A DNA stretch of 64,000 bases. It comes from Myxococcota bacterium. GTDB lineage: Bacteria > Myxococcota_A > UBA9160 > JAFDDA01. Each line of letters begins with the position of its first letter. The first letter of the stretch is position 1. The stretch is taken from positions 4,384,001 through 4,448,000 of the forward strand of contig OZ245817.1 in the NCBI GenBank assembly GCA_965228475.1. Direction: 5' to 3'. Below, piece after piece: positions 46,686-54,470 of the stretch. The notes beneath the pieces were generated by a model, which had not been told where the DNA came from, ran no database searches, and saw nothing but the letters and a program-made list of their open reading frames with translations. Both the position numbers and the translations under genes were made by a program.

Positions 46686-47714
46686 CTAGAGCTTGCCGCG
46701 CTCGAGCAGGGCCTCGGCGATCTGCACCGCGTTGGTCGCGGCGCCCTTGCGCAGGTTGTCCGACGTCTGCCACAGCCAGAGCTTGTCGCTCGCCGTGTCG
46801 CGGCGGATGCGGCCCACGAGCACTTCGTCCGTCCCCTCGACGTCCGCCGCCGTGGGGAAGGCCATCGTGGCCGGGTCGTCCACCACGCGGCAGCCGGGGA
46901 ACGCGGCGATGGCCTCGCGCGCGGCCTCGGGCGTGATCGGCTTCTCCGTCTCCACGAGCACGGTGGCCGAGTGTCCGACCGGGACCGGAACCCGCACGCA
47001 GGTCATCGAGACGTCCACGTTCGGGAGACCCATGATCTTGCGGGTCTCGTCGAGGAGCTTGCGCTCCTCGTCGGTGTATCCGTCGTCGCGGAACGAACCG
47101 CACACGGGCACCGGGTTGTAGGCGATCTGGTGCGCGAAGACCTCGGGCGGCGGCACGGGCTCGCCCGCCTGCACGGCCTTCACCTGGGCGTCGAGCTCGT
47201 CGATGCCCGGCGTCCCCGAGCCCGAGACGGCCTGGAGCGTCGTCACGACGAGGCTCTTGAGCCCCGCCGCGCGGCGGATCGGCTCGACGGACATCACCAG
47301 CCCGGTGGTGGTGCAGTTCGGGTTCGCGACGATGCCGCGGTGCTTCTCGAGGGCGTCGGCGTTGATCTCCGGCACGACGAGCGGCACCTCGTCGTCCATG
47401 CGCCAGGTGCTCGACTTGTCGATCACGACCGCCCCGCGCTTCACGGCCTCCGGCGCGAGCTCCTTCGAGAGCCCGCCGGTCGCCGCGAAGAACACCAGGT
47501 CGACGCCCTCGAAGGCCTCGGGACAGGCGACCTCGACCTTCGCCTCCTGCCCCGCGAACGTCACCGTCGTGCCCGCGCTTCGCGTGCTCGCCAGCGGCTT
47601 GAGCTGGGAGACCGGGAAGTGGCGCTCTTCCAGCACCCCGAGGAGAACTTCCCCCACGGCACCGGTGGCGCCGACGACGGCGACGACGGGTTGTTTCTGC
47701 GAGACCTTGGACAC
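46686..47714 (-). CDS. asd: Aspartate-semialdehyde dehydrogenase
   Basis: VVGATGAVG, VPLVVPEIN, NPNCTT, QAVSGSG, TCVRVPV..GH, DNLRKGAATNAVQIAE; AAGGAG RBS, GTG start. Confidence 0.95.
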   Translation of the reverse strand: MSKVSQKQPVVAVVGATGAVGEVLLGVLEERHFPVSQLKPLASTRSAGTTVTFAGQEAKVEVACPEAFEGVDLVFFAATGGLSKELAPEAVKRGAVVIDKSSTWRMDDEVPLVVPEINADALEKHRGIVANPNCTTTGLVMSVEPIRRAAGLKSLVVTTLQAVSGSGTPGIDELDAQVKAVQAGEPVPPPEVFAHQIAYNPVPVCGSFRDDGYTDEERKLLDETRKIMGLPNVDVSMTCVRVPVPVGHSATVLVETEKPITPEAAREAIAAFPGCRVVDDPATMAFPTAADVEGTDEVLVGRIRRDTASDKLWLWQTSDNLRKGAATNAVQIAEALLERGKL

Positions 47715-47802
47715 GACCTTCTCCTTGCGCGGGGCGCAAACCCTCCGTTTGCGCCGTATCCGGCTGGACGGCGATGATGGCGCATGTTTCAATCCACCGC
47801 CC

Positions 47803-48435
47803 ATGAGCGAGGAAGCCGGCGAGAGCGAGGAGACCGTCGCAGGGACGGAGGGCGAAGGCTCCCCCCCGACGCGCCTGGCCACGAGCCAGGTCAAGCGGCT
47901 CCGGCGCATCGTCGACGCGGCGTCGAAGCTCGCCGAGGAAGGCGGGTTCGAGGCCGTCCGGCTGCGCGACGTGGCCGAGGCTTCCGGGGTCGCCCTCGGC
48001 ACGCTCTACCGGTATTTCCGCAGCAAGGAAGACATCTTGGTGTTCGTCCTTGCCGAACAGGTCGACGGGCTCGAAGCCGCGCTCACCCGCCGGCCCCCCA
48101 CCGGCGCGACCCCCGCCGAGCGCGTGGGCGTCGTCTTCGGCCTGACCACCCGCGCCCTGACCGGCCGCCCGCACCTCGCCCGCGCGCTCCTGCGGGCGGT
48201 CTCCGCCGGCGAGCCCGAAACCAAGGAGAAGGTGGCTTCCTTCCATCTCCGGGTGAGCCGGATCGTGCTCGACGCCCTGCGCGGCGAGGGCGAAGCGACA
48301 CCGCGGCTCCACGGCGTGGCGACCATCCTCCAGCAGGTCTGGTTCGCTTCGCTCGTAGGCTGGACGGGCGGCCTGCACGACGCGAAGACCGTCATCCGCC
48401 AGACGGACGACGCCGCCGCCCTGCTTCTGGAGTAG
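47803..48435 (+). CDS. KstR-like TetR regulator
   Basis: Q..R..RIVDAA..LA.EGGFEAVRLRDVAEASGVALGTLYRYFRSK resembles actinobacterial KstR; C-terminal QVWFASLVGW.GG. Confidence 0.8.
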   Translation: MSEEAGESEETVAGTEGEGSPPTRLATSQVKRLRRIVDAASKLAEEGGFEAVRLRDVAEASGVALGTLYRYFRSKEDILVFVLAEQVDGLEAALTRRPPTGATPAERVGVVFGLTTRALTGRPHLARALLRAVSAGEPETKEKVASFHLRVSRIVLDALRGEGEATPRLHGVATILQQVWFASLVGWTGGLHDAKTVIRQTDDAAALLLE

Positions 48436-48438
48436 CGG

Positions 48439-49158
48439 TCAGCCCTCTTCGCCGTAGTTCCGGACGCGGCACTCCTGGCCTTCGTCGCAGAGCTCGGCCA
48501 TCTCCCGCTCGAGCAGGCGGGTCCACTTCTCGATCAGGAACGTGTTGTAGGTGCCCGACGTCTCGGAGTCGAAGGCCTCGTGGCGCTCGTCGGTGTGGCG
48601 AAGCGTGATCTCGTAGACGCGCCGCAGGAACCCGTCGGTGCGCTTCTCGACGGGGATCGCGGCGATCTTCTGGTTGAGCCGGCGCGTGGCCACCTCGGCG
48701 ATCGCGAAGTGGATCTGCTCGTGCTGGAGGATGTACCAGTCCGGCGGGCGCCCGCCGAAGCTCATCGCGCCGACCGCAGCGAGCCCGAGGCGAGCCGCGC
48801 GCCCGACGGGGCTGATGATCTTGTTCCAGAACGAACAGTCGGGGCGCATCAGCGCGACGAACTCGCCGCTCGCCTCGTAGTCCTCGGCGGGGCGGATGAG
48901 CAGACAGACCTCGGCGTCGTGGGCGAAGTTCCCCCACGCCTTGTACGACGTCGCCGACTCGAAGTGATCCTTGGTGATGAGCTGGTAGCGGAGGACCGCG
49001 TCGCCGACCCAGGAGTCCGGGTCGCCGAAGACGCCGAGCTCCGCGTGCGCGCCCCCGGCTTCGGCCGTCTCGCTGACCGACGCCGCCCGGCCGGCGGGCT
49101 GCCGGCTGCAGCCCGTCACCAGGACGAGGAGCGAGAGCGCGAGGACCGTCCGACGCAT
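48439..49158 (-). CDS. Lipoprotein, DUF922-like putative Zn peptidase
   Basis: Lipobox VTGC; ILQHEQIHFAIAE. Confidence 0.65.
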   Translation of the reverse strand: MRRTVLALSLLVLVTGCSRQPAGRAASVSETAEAGGAHAELGVFGDPDSWVGDAVLRYQLITKDHFESATSYKAWGNFAHDAEVCLLIRPAEDYEASGEFVALMRPDCSFWNKIISPVGRAARLGLAAVGAMSFGGRPPDWYILQHEQIHFAIAEVATRRLNQKIAAIPVEKRTDGFLRRVYEITLRHTDERHEAFDSETSGTYNTFLIEKWTRLLEREMAELCDEGQECRVRNYGEEG

Positions 49159-49172
49159 GCGCCCATTCTACA

Positions 49173-49204
49173 GACTGACCAGGGGGACGTTCCCCTGGTC
49201 AGTC
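49173..49204. repeat. REP-like palindrome
   Basis: GACTGACCAGGGG-gacgtt-CCCCTGGTCAGTC, 13-bp stem overlapping the ACAD stop codon. Confidence 0.7.
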
Positions 49205-50314
49205 GGCGGCGAGGGTACGACCCAATTCGGCGAGTTGGCGGTGCGCCGAGCCGAGGGTCAGCTCGATCTGGCGGGCCCACAGGTAGTAGCGGTGCACCGG
49301 GTAGTCGACGTCGACGCCCATGCCGCCGTGCAGATGGACCGCGGCGTAGGTCGCGTTGTGCCCCCCCTCGGCGGCCCAGTACTTGGCCACCGCGACGGCC
49401 TCCTCCGCGGGCTCGCCGGCCGCGAGCCGGCTCGAGGCCTGCCAGCTCGTGAGACGCATCGCCTCGATGCCGACGTAGGCATCCGCCGCGCGCTGGTGGA
49501 CGGCCTGGAAGCTTCCGATCGGGCGATCGAACTGTTCGCGCTGGGTCGTGTACTCGGCGGTGATGCGGATGGCGCGCTCCGCCACGCCGAGCGCCACGGC
49601 GCAGAGCGCGGCCTTCGCGCGCAGGGCCAGCCACGCGACGGCCGCCGCGCCCTCCTCCGGGCCCGCGAGCACGTCGTCGGCGTCGATGCGCGCACCGGAG
49701 AGCACGACGTGGGACTGCGGCTCGGAGTTCGTCGCCTCGACCGCCTGGAGCTCGACGCCATCCGCCGCCGGGTCGAGCAGGAAGAGCCCGATGCCCGTGT
49801 CGGTCCGGGCCGGGACGAGGATGCGCTCGGCCAGCGCGGCGAAGGGCACCGAGAGCTTCATGCCGTCGAGGCGCCAGCCGTCGCCGTCGCGCGAGGCCAC
49901 GGTGGCGGGCGTCGCCGGGTCTTCGTTCTCGGGCTCCGCGAGGGCCGCGGTCAGCACCGCATCGCCCGACGCGACGCGGGGCAGGAAGTGCGCCTTCTGC
50001 GCGTCGCTTCCGAACTCCTCGATCGGCAGCGCCCCGAGCACGAGCGTCGGAACGAGCGGCACCGGGGCGACCGCGCGGCCGCCCTCCTCGAGCAGCAGGG
50101 AGAGCTCCAGGAACCCCATGCCCATGCCCCCGTGCGCCTCGCCGATGGCGATGCCGAGCAGGTTCGACTTCGCGAGCTCGGCCCACAGCGTGCGGTCGAA
50201 GCACTCGCCGGCCTTTTCCAACTCGCGCAGGCGATCGTGCCCGCACAGGTCCGCGAAGATCTTCGCCGAGAGCTCGCGCAGGCTGTCCTGTTCGTCGGAG
50301 AACGAGAAGTCCAT
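49199..50314 (-). CDS. Acyl-CoA dehydrogenase, FadE27-like beta subunit
   Basis: MDFSFSDEQ, REQFDRPIGSFQAV, HLHGGMGVDVDYPVHRY; directly follows FadE26-like gene. Confidence 0.85.
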   Translation of the reverse strand: MDFSFSDEQDSLRELSAKIFADLCGHDRLRELEKAGECFDRTLWAELAKSNLLGIAIGEAHGGMGMGFLELSLLLEEGGRAVAPVPLVPTLVLGALPIEEFGSDAQKAHFLPRVASGDAVLTAALAEPENEDPATPATVASRDGDGWRLDGMKLSVPFAALAERILVPARTDTGIGLFLLDPAADGVELQAVEATNSEPQSHVVLSGARIDADDVLAGPEEGAAAVAWLALRAKAALCAVALGVAERAIRITAEYTTQREQFDRPIGSFQAVHQRAADAYVGIEAMRLTSWQASSRLAAGEPAEEAVAVAKYWAAEGGHNATYAAVHLHGGMGVDVDYPVHRYYLWARQIELTLGSAHRQLAELGRTLAAD

Positions 50315-50316
50315 GG

Positions 50317-51489
50317 CTAGTCCTTGTAGTGGGGCATGCCGAGGCCGGCCATCGCGATGATGTCGCGCTGGACCTCGTTGGTGCCGCCGCCGAAGGTGAG
50401 GATCAGCATCGAGCGGTACATCATCTCGATGCGGCCCATGAGCGCGGATTCGGGCGAGCCGCGCCGGATGGCGCCGTTCGCGCCGAGCACTTCGCCGAGC
50501 AGCCGGTAGCCGGCGATGTTGAACTCGCTGCCGAACACCTTGACCGCCGAGGCGTCGGCCATCGCGAGGTTGCCTTGGGTGAGCGCCCAGGCCTGTTTCC
50601 AGTTCATGAGCTTCAGCGTCTCGGCGTGGGCCTTCGCCTTGGCGAGGTTGAGCTGCACCCACGGCTCGTCGATCACGCGCTGGCCGTTGCGCTTCGTGTT
50701 GCGGGCCCACTCGACGACGAGCTCGACGTTGCGCTCGAGCGTCCCCGAGGCCATGAGCGAGACGCGCTCGTGGTTCAGCTGATTCACGATCAGGCCCCAG
50801 CCGCCGTTCTCCGGGCCGACCAGGTTCTCGACGGGGACGCGCACGTCGTCGTAGTACGTCGAGTTCGTCGAGATGCCGCCCACCGTCGGCGTCGGCGTCA
50901 TGCGGAAGCCTTCGGCATCGGTCGGGACGATGATCATCGAGATGCCGCGGTGCTTCGGGGCATCGGCGTCCGTGCGGCACGCGAGCCAGACGTAGTCGGC
51001 GTAGCCCGCGAGGCTCGTGAAGCTCTTCTGGCCGTTGATCACCCACTCGTCGCCGTCGCGCACGGCGCGGGTCACGAGCGAGCCGAGGTCGGTGCCGGCC
51101 CCCGGCTCGGAGTAGCCGATGCAGAAGAAGATCTCGCCGGCCAGGATCTTCGGCAGGAAGTAGCGGCGCTGCTCTTCGCTGCCGAACTGCATGAGCGTCG
51201 GGCCGACGGTGTTCAGCGTCAGGAAGGGGAGCGGAAAGCCCGAACGCTGCGCTTCGTCCGAAAACAGGTACTGCTCGATCGAGGAGCGCGCCTGGCCGCC
51301 GTACTCCTTCGGCCAGCCGATGCCGAGCAGACCGTCGCGGCCCATCTGCTTCATGGCGGCGCGGAAGAGCGGGCCGCCGCCCTCCGTACCGGAAATCTCC
51401 TCGACCATCTCCGGCGTCATGACCCGCTCGAAATACGTCCGCATCTCGTCGCGGAAGGCGCGCTGGTCGGGGGTGAGATCGATGTGCAT
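50317..51489 (-). CDS. Acyl-CoA dehydrogenase, FadE26-like catalytic alpha subunit
   Basis: IGYSEPGAGTDL, NQLNHER, ADASAVKVFGSE, LILTFGGGTNEVQRDIIA. Confidence 0.88.
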   Translation of the reverse strand: MHIDLTPDQRAFRDEMRTYFERVMTPEMVEEISGTEGGGPLFRAAMKQMGRDGLLGIGWPKEYGGQARSSIEQYLFSDEAQRSGFPLPFLTLNTVGPTLMQFGSEEQRRYFLPKILAGEIFFCIGYSEPGAGTDLGSLVTRAVRDGDEWVINGQKSFTSLAGYADYVWLACRTDADAPKHRGISMIIVPTDAEGFRMTPTPTVGGISTNSTYYDDVRVPVENLVGPENGGWGLIVNQLNHERVSLMASGTLERNVELVVEWARNTKRNGQRVIDEPWVQLNLAKAKAHAETLKLMNWKQAWALTQGNLAMADASAVKVFGSEFNIAGYRLLGEVLGANGAIRRGSPESALMGRIEMMYRSMLILTFGGGTNEVQRDIIAMAGLGMPHYKD

Positions 51490-51571
51490 GGAAGGCTCCG
51501 TTCGCTCGAGGGGCCGTGGGCCGGCGGGGTCGGGGCCGGCGGCGAAGAACGCCATCATTCTACCTTGGAAT

Positions 51572-51585
51572 TAGAACGCGTTCTA
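51572..51585. promoter_or_regulatory. KstR-type operator
   Basis: TAGAACGCGTTCTA, perfect TnnAACnnGTTnnA palindrome between divergent fadE26-like and ferredoxin genes. Confidence 0.85.
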
Positions 51586-51665
51586 GTATCCTGTGGCCCC
51601 CCGGACGCCCTCGACGTGATAGCGTTCCGGCCTGATTTCCCTAGCGGGAACGGGAGGATGCCTGC

Positions 51666-51857
51666 ATGAAGATCATCGTGGACTACGACCTGTGCGAAGC
51701 CAACGCCGTCTGCATGGCCGAAGCGCCGGAAGTCTTCGAAGTGGACGACGACGACAACCTGAACATCCTCGACGAGAACCCGGGCGAAGCGCTGCGGGCG
51801 AAGGTCGAGGCCGCCGTGCGCCTGTGCCCGAAGCAGGCGCTCAAGCTCGAAGGCTGA
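51666..51857 (+). CDS. 3Fe-4S type ferredoxin (FdxD-like)
   Basis: VDYDLCEANAVCMAEAPEVF..AVRLCPKQAL. Confidence 0.92.
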   Translation: MKIIVDYDLCEANAVCMAEAPEVFEVDDDDNLNILDENPGEALRAKVEAAVRLCPKQALKLEG

Positions 51858-51866
51858 GCCCCGGCC

Positions 51867-53048
51867 GTGGACTTCCGCGACTCCGAGAGCGAGGCCGCCT
51901 TCCGGACGGAAGCGCGCGCGTTCCTCGACGCCCACGCGCCGGACCCCGCGGAACTCTACGGCGAGGATCCGCTCGCGGCGTCGAACGTCGACGCCCACCG
52001 GGCGTGGCAGCGCACGCTCTACGAGCACGGCTGGGCCGGCCTCACCTGGCCGAAGGCCTACGGGGGCCGCGGCCTCGGCCCGATCGAGCAGATCATCTGG
52101 AACCAGGAGCTCGCGCGGAAGGAGGTCGGGCTCTCGATGTTCATGCCCGGCCTCGCGATGGCCGGGCCGACGCTCATCGCCCACGGCACCGAGGAACAGA
52201 AGCAGCGCTACCTCGAACCGCTGCTCCGCGGGGACGAGCTCTGGTGCCAGCTCTTCAGCGAGCCCGGGGCCGGGAGCGACCTCGCCGGGCTCGCCTGCCG
52301 CGCCGAGCGCGACGGCGACGAGTGGGTGATCCAGGGCCAGAAGACGTGGTCGTCGGGCGCCGAGGACTCCCAGTTCGGGATCCTCCTGTGCCGCACCGAC
52401 CCGACGGTGCCGAAGCACGAAGGCATCACCTACTTCCTGCTTCCGATGGATGCGCCGGGCGTCGAGGTCCGGCCGATCCGCCAGATGAACGATTCGACGC
52501 ACTTCGCCGATACCTTCCTGAACGAGGTGCGGATCCCGGACGCGTGCCGCCTCGGCCCCGTCGGGGGCGGCTGGTCCTGCGCGATGACCACGCTCCTGAA
52601 CGAGCGCATGGGCATGGGCGGCATGGAGACGTTCCGCTTCGAGGATCTGGCGGCGCTGGCGCGCGAGAACCGCGGCCGCCTGGACCCGGTGATGCGCGAC
52701 GACCTCGTGAAGGTCTGGGGCCACGGCAAGACGCTCGAGCTGCTGAACGCCCGCATCATCACCAAGCTCGGCCAGGGCGTGATGCCCGACGCCGAGAGTT
52801 CGGTCATGAAGCTCGCGATCGCACGGCTGATGAGCGAAGGCGCGGACATGGGCCTGCGCCTGCTCGGGCCGGACGCCCTGCTGCGGGCGGGCTCGTGGCA
52901 GAACCAGTTCCTGTTCGCCCCGGCCATGCACGTGGCCGGCGGCACGGACGAGATCCAGAAGAACGTCGCCGCCGAGCGCACGCTCGGCCTCCCGAAGGAG
53001 GAGCGGGGCGACCGCGAAACCGCCTTCCAGGATCTGCCCCGGAACTGA
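51867..53048 (+). CDS. Acyl-CoA dehydrogenase (FadE17/FadE34-like alpha type)
   Basis: WCQLFSEPGAGSDLA, TTLLNER, AGGTDEIQKN.AAERTLGLP. Confidence 0.88.
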   Translation: MDFRDSESEAAFRTEARAFLDAHAPDPAELYGEDPLAASNVDAHRAWQRTLYEHGWAGLTWPKAYGGRGLGPIEQIIWNQELARKEVGLSMFMPGLAMAGPTLIAHGTEEQKQRYLEPLLRGDELWCQLFSEPGAGSDLAGLACRAERDGDEWVIQGQKTWSSGAEDSQFGILLCRTDPTVPKHEGITYFLLPMDAPGVEVRPIRQMNDSTHFADTFLNEVRIPDACRLGPVGGGWSCAMTTLLNERMGMGGMETFRFEDLAALARENRGRLDPVMRDDLVKVWGHGKTLELLNARIITKLGQGVMPDAESSVMKLAIARLMSEGADMGLRLLGPDALLRAGSWQNQFLFAPAMHVAGGTDEIQKNVAAERTLGLPKEERGDRETAFQDLPRN

Positions 53049-53070
53049 CCGCCCGCTATCCTCCGGGGCG

Positions 53071-53355
53071 ATGTCCGAGAGCCCCTACGAAGTCCGCTGC
53101 CATCACTGCGACGTGAGCTTCCCGGTCGGCACGAAGACCTGCCTGCACTGCGGCGAGCGGGTGGGCGGGGGCCCGTTCTTCCGGATCGGCACCGACCCGA
53201 CGGAGTCGGTCTTCGAGCAGGAACCGGTCTTCGGCGAGGCGGAGGCGGCCGAGGAACCCGACGCCCCGCGGCGGCCCTTCCGCTTCGGGGTCACCATGAT
53301 CTGGCTCGCGGCCCTCGTCCTCTCGGCCGCCCAGCGGGCCTGCCAGGGGAACTAG
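53071..53355 (+). CDS. Small zinc-ribbon membrane protein
   Basis: CHHC..CLHCG plus C-terminal hydrophobic helix. Confidence 0.65.
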   Translation: MSESPYEVRCHHCDVSFPVGTKTCLHCGERVGGGPFFRIGTDPTESVFEQEPVFGEAEAAEEPDAPRRPFRFGVTMIWLAALVLSAAQRACQGN

Positions 53356-53410
53356 CCCCAAGGGGACCTTCCGACCACGGGTCCCCGCTTCCGACCGCGA
53401 GTCGCCGGGA

Positions 53411-53428
53411 TGGGAAAGGGTTTTCCCT
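53411..53428. promoter_or_regulatory. Palindromic enhancer-like box
   Basis: TGGGAAAGGGTTTTCCCT; extra half-site TTTCCCT at 53444-53450; IHF-like AATCAGGACCTTG (minus strand) at 53483-53495. Confidence 0.6.
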
Positions 53429-53543
53429 TCGCGCGCACCCAGTTTTCCCTCCCGGCCAAGAGTCCACATCCGGGAAACCCGCCAAGGTCCTGATTTCCTT
53501 TCATTTTCACGCGCCTGGCCGCGGTGGGGCGGCGAGCCCCAGT

Positions 53544-53559
53544 TGGCTCGAAACTTGCT
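53544..53559 (+). promoter_or_regulatory. Sigma-54 promoter
   Basis: TGGCTCGAAACTTGCT, GG-N10-GC spacing. Confidence 0.7.
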
Positions 53560-53608
53560 CTCTTTTCGGTTGCTTCTCTCTTGCTGCTCGAAGACAAGGA
53601 TGCGACCC

Positions 53609-54343
53609 ATGCGATTCCGCGCCCTCCCGATCCTCGCCACTGCCCTGCTCGTCGCCGGCCCGGCCTCGGCCCTCACGAGCTACGGGGACTTCAGCGGCGC
53701 CGACCTGGACTTCATCGACGTGAACGAGACGTCCCTGTTCGGCGACCCGGAGCCCTTGTTCGGCGCGCCGACCACGGCCGGGAACTCGCTCTTGTTCTTC
53801 CCGACGACCTTCACGGCCACCAGCGCTGGAGGCGGCGTCGACGGCACGGGCTCCCTTCTGAACCTCACCCTCGAGGCCACGGGCGGGAACACGCTCACGA
53901 CCTTCTCGATCACCGAGTTCGGTGACACCTCGCTCTTCGGCGCGGGGACGGCGGCCACCGGAAGCTTCATCGGCCTCTCCGGCTTCCTGACCGTCACGGA
54001 GGATCTGAGCGGATCCATCACGCCCGTCGTGATTCCCTTTACCGGCGTCGTGACGCCGACGACCGTGCCCGCTGGCACCTTCACGCTGCCGACCAACCCG
54101 GGCGTGACCCTCTGGACGGCGAGCGTGGTCATCGACATCACGAGCTACGTGCCGGACGCGACCGTCGCCGAGCTTCAGCTCAACAACGTGCTCAACGCTG
54201 CGAGCGAAGCCGGCACGAGCGCCCTGATCCAGAAGAAGGTCGTGAGCGGCCCGTCGGTCATTATCACGGTGCCCGAGCCGGCCACCCTCGCGGTGATCGC
54301 CATCGGCCTCCTGGGCGCGCTCGGCCTTCGCCGCCGCGCCTAG
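53609..54343 (+). CDS. PEP-CTERM surface protein
   Basis: Signal peptide; Thr/Gly-rich beta domain; VPEPATLAVIAIGLLGALGLRRRA. Confidence 0.9.
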   Translation: MRFRALPILATALLVAGPASALTSYGDFSGADLDFIDVNETSLFGDPEPLFGAPTTAGNSLLFFPTTFTATSAGGGVDGTGSLLNLTLEATGGNTLTTFSITEFGDTSLFGAGTAATGSFIGLSGFLTVTEDLSGSITPVVIPFTGVVTPTTVPAGTFTLPTNPGVTLWTASVVIDITSYVPDATVAELQLNNVLNAASEAGTSALIQKKVVSGPSVIITVPEPATLAVIAIGLLGALGLRRRA

Positions 54344-54470
54344 GCTTCGGAAGTTTTTCTGCATGTGTTTTTGGGGAACTGGGAGACCAGCGTAAGGAAG
54401 GGTGCGCTCAGCGCCTGACATAGTGCTCCGTCGCTGTTGCTGGTTTCGTTGGGGGGTGAAGGAGCTCGTG

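Noticed and set aside
47778..47791. Autoregulatory KstR box upstream of the KstR-like gene
   Set aside because: TGGCGCATGTTTCA matches only the right half of TnnAACnnGTTnnA
43531..48378. 1615-aa giant ORF
   Set aside because: Only the part from 45867 is the GGDEF-EAL gene; the rest is off-frame over the cupredoxin-like gene and asd and antisense to the TetR
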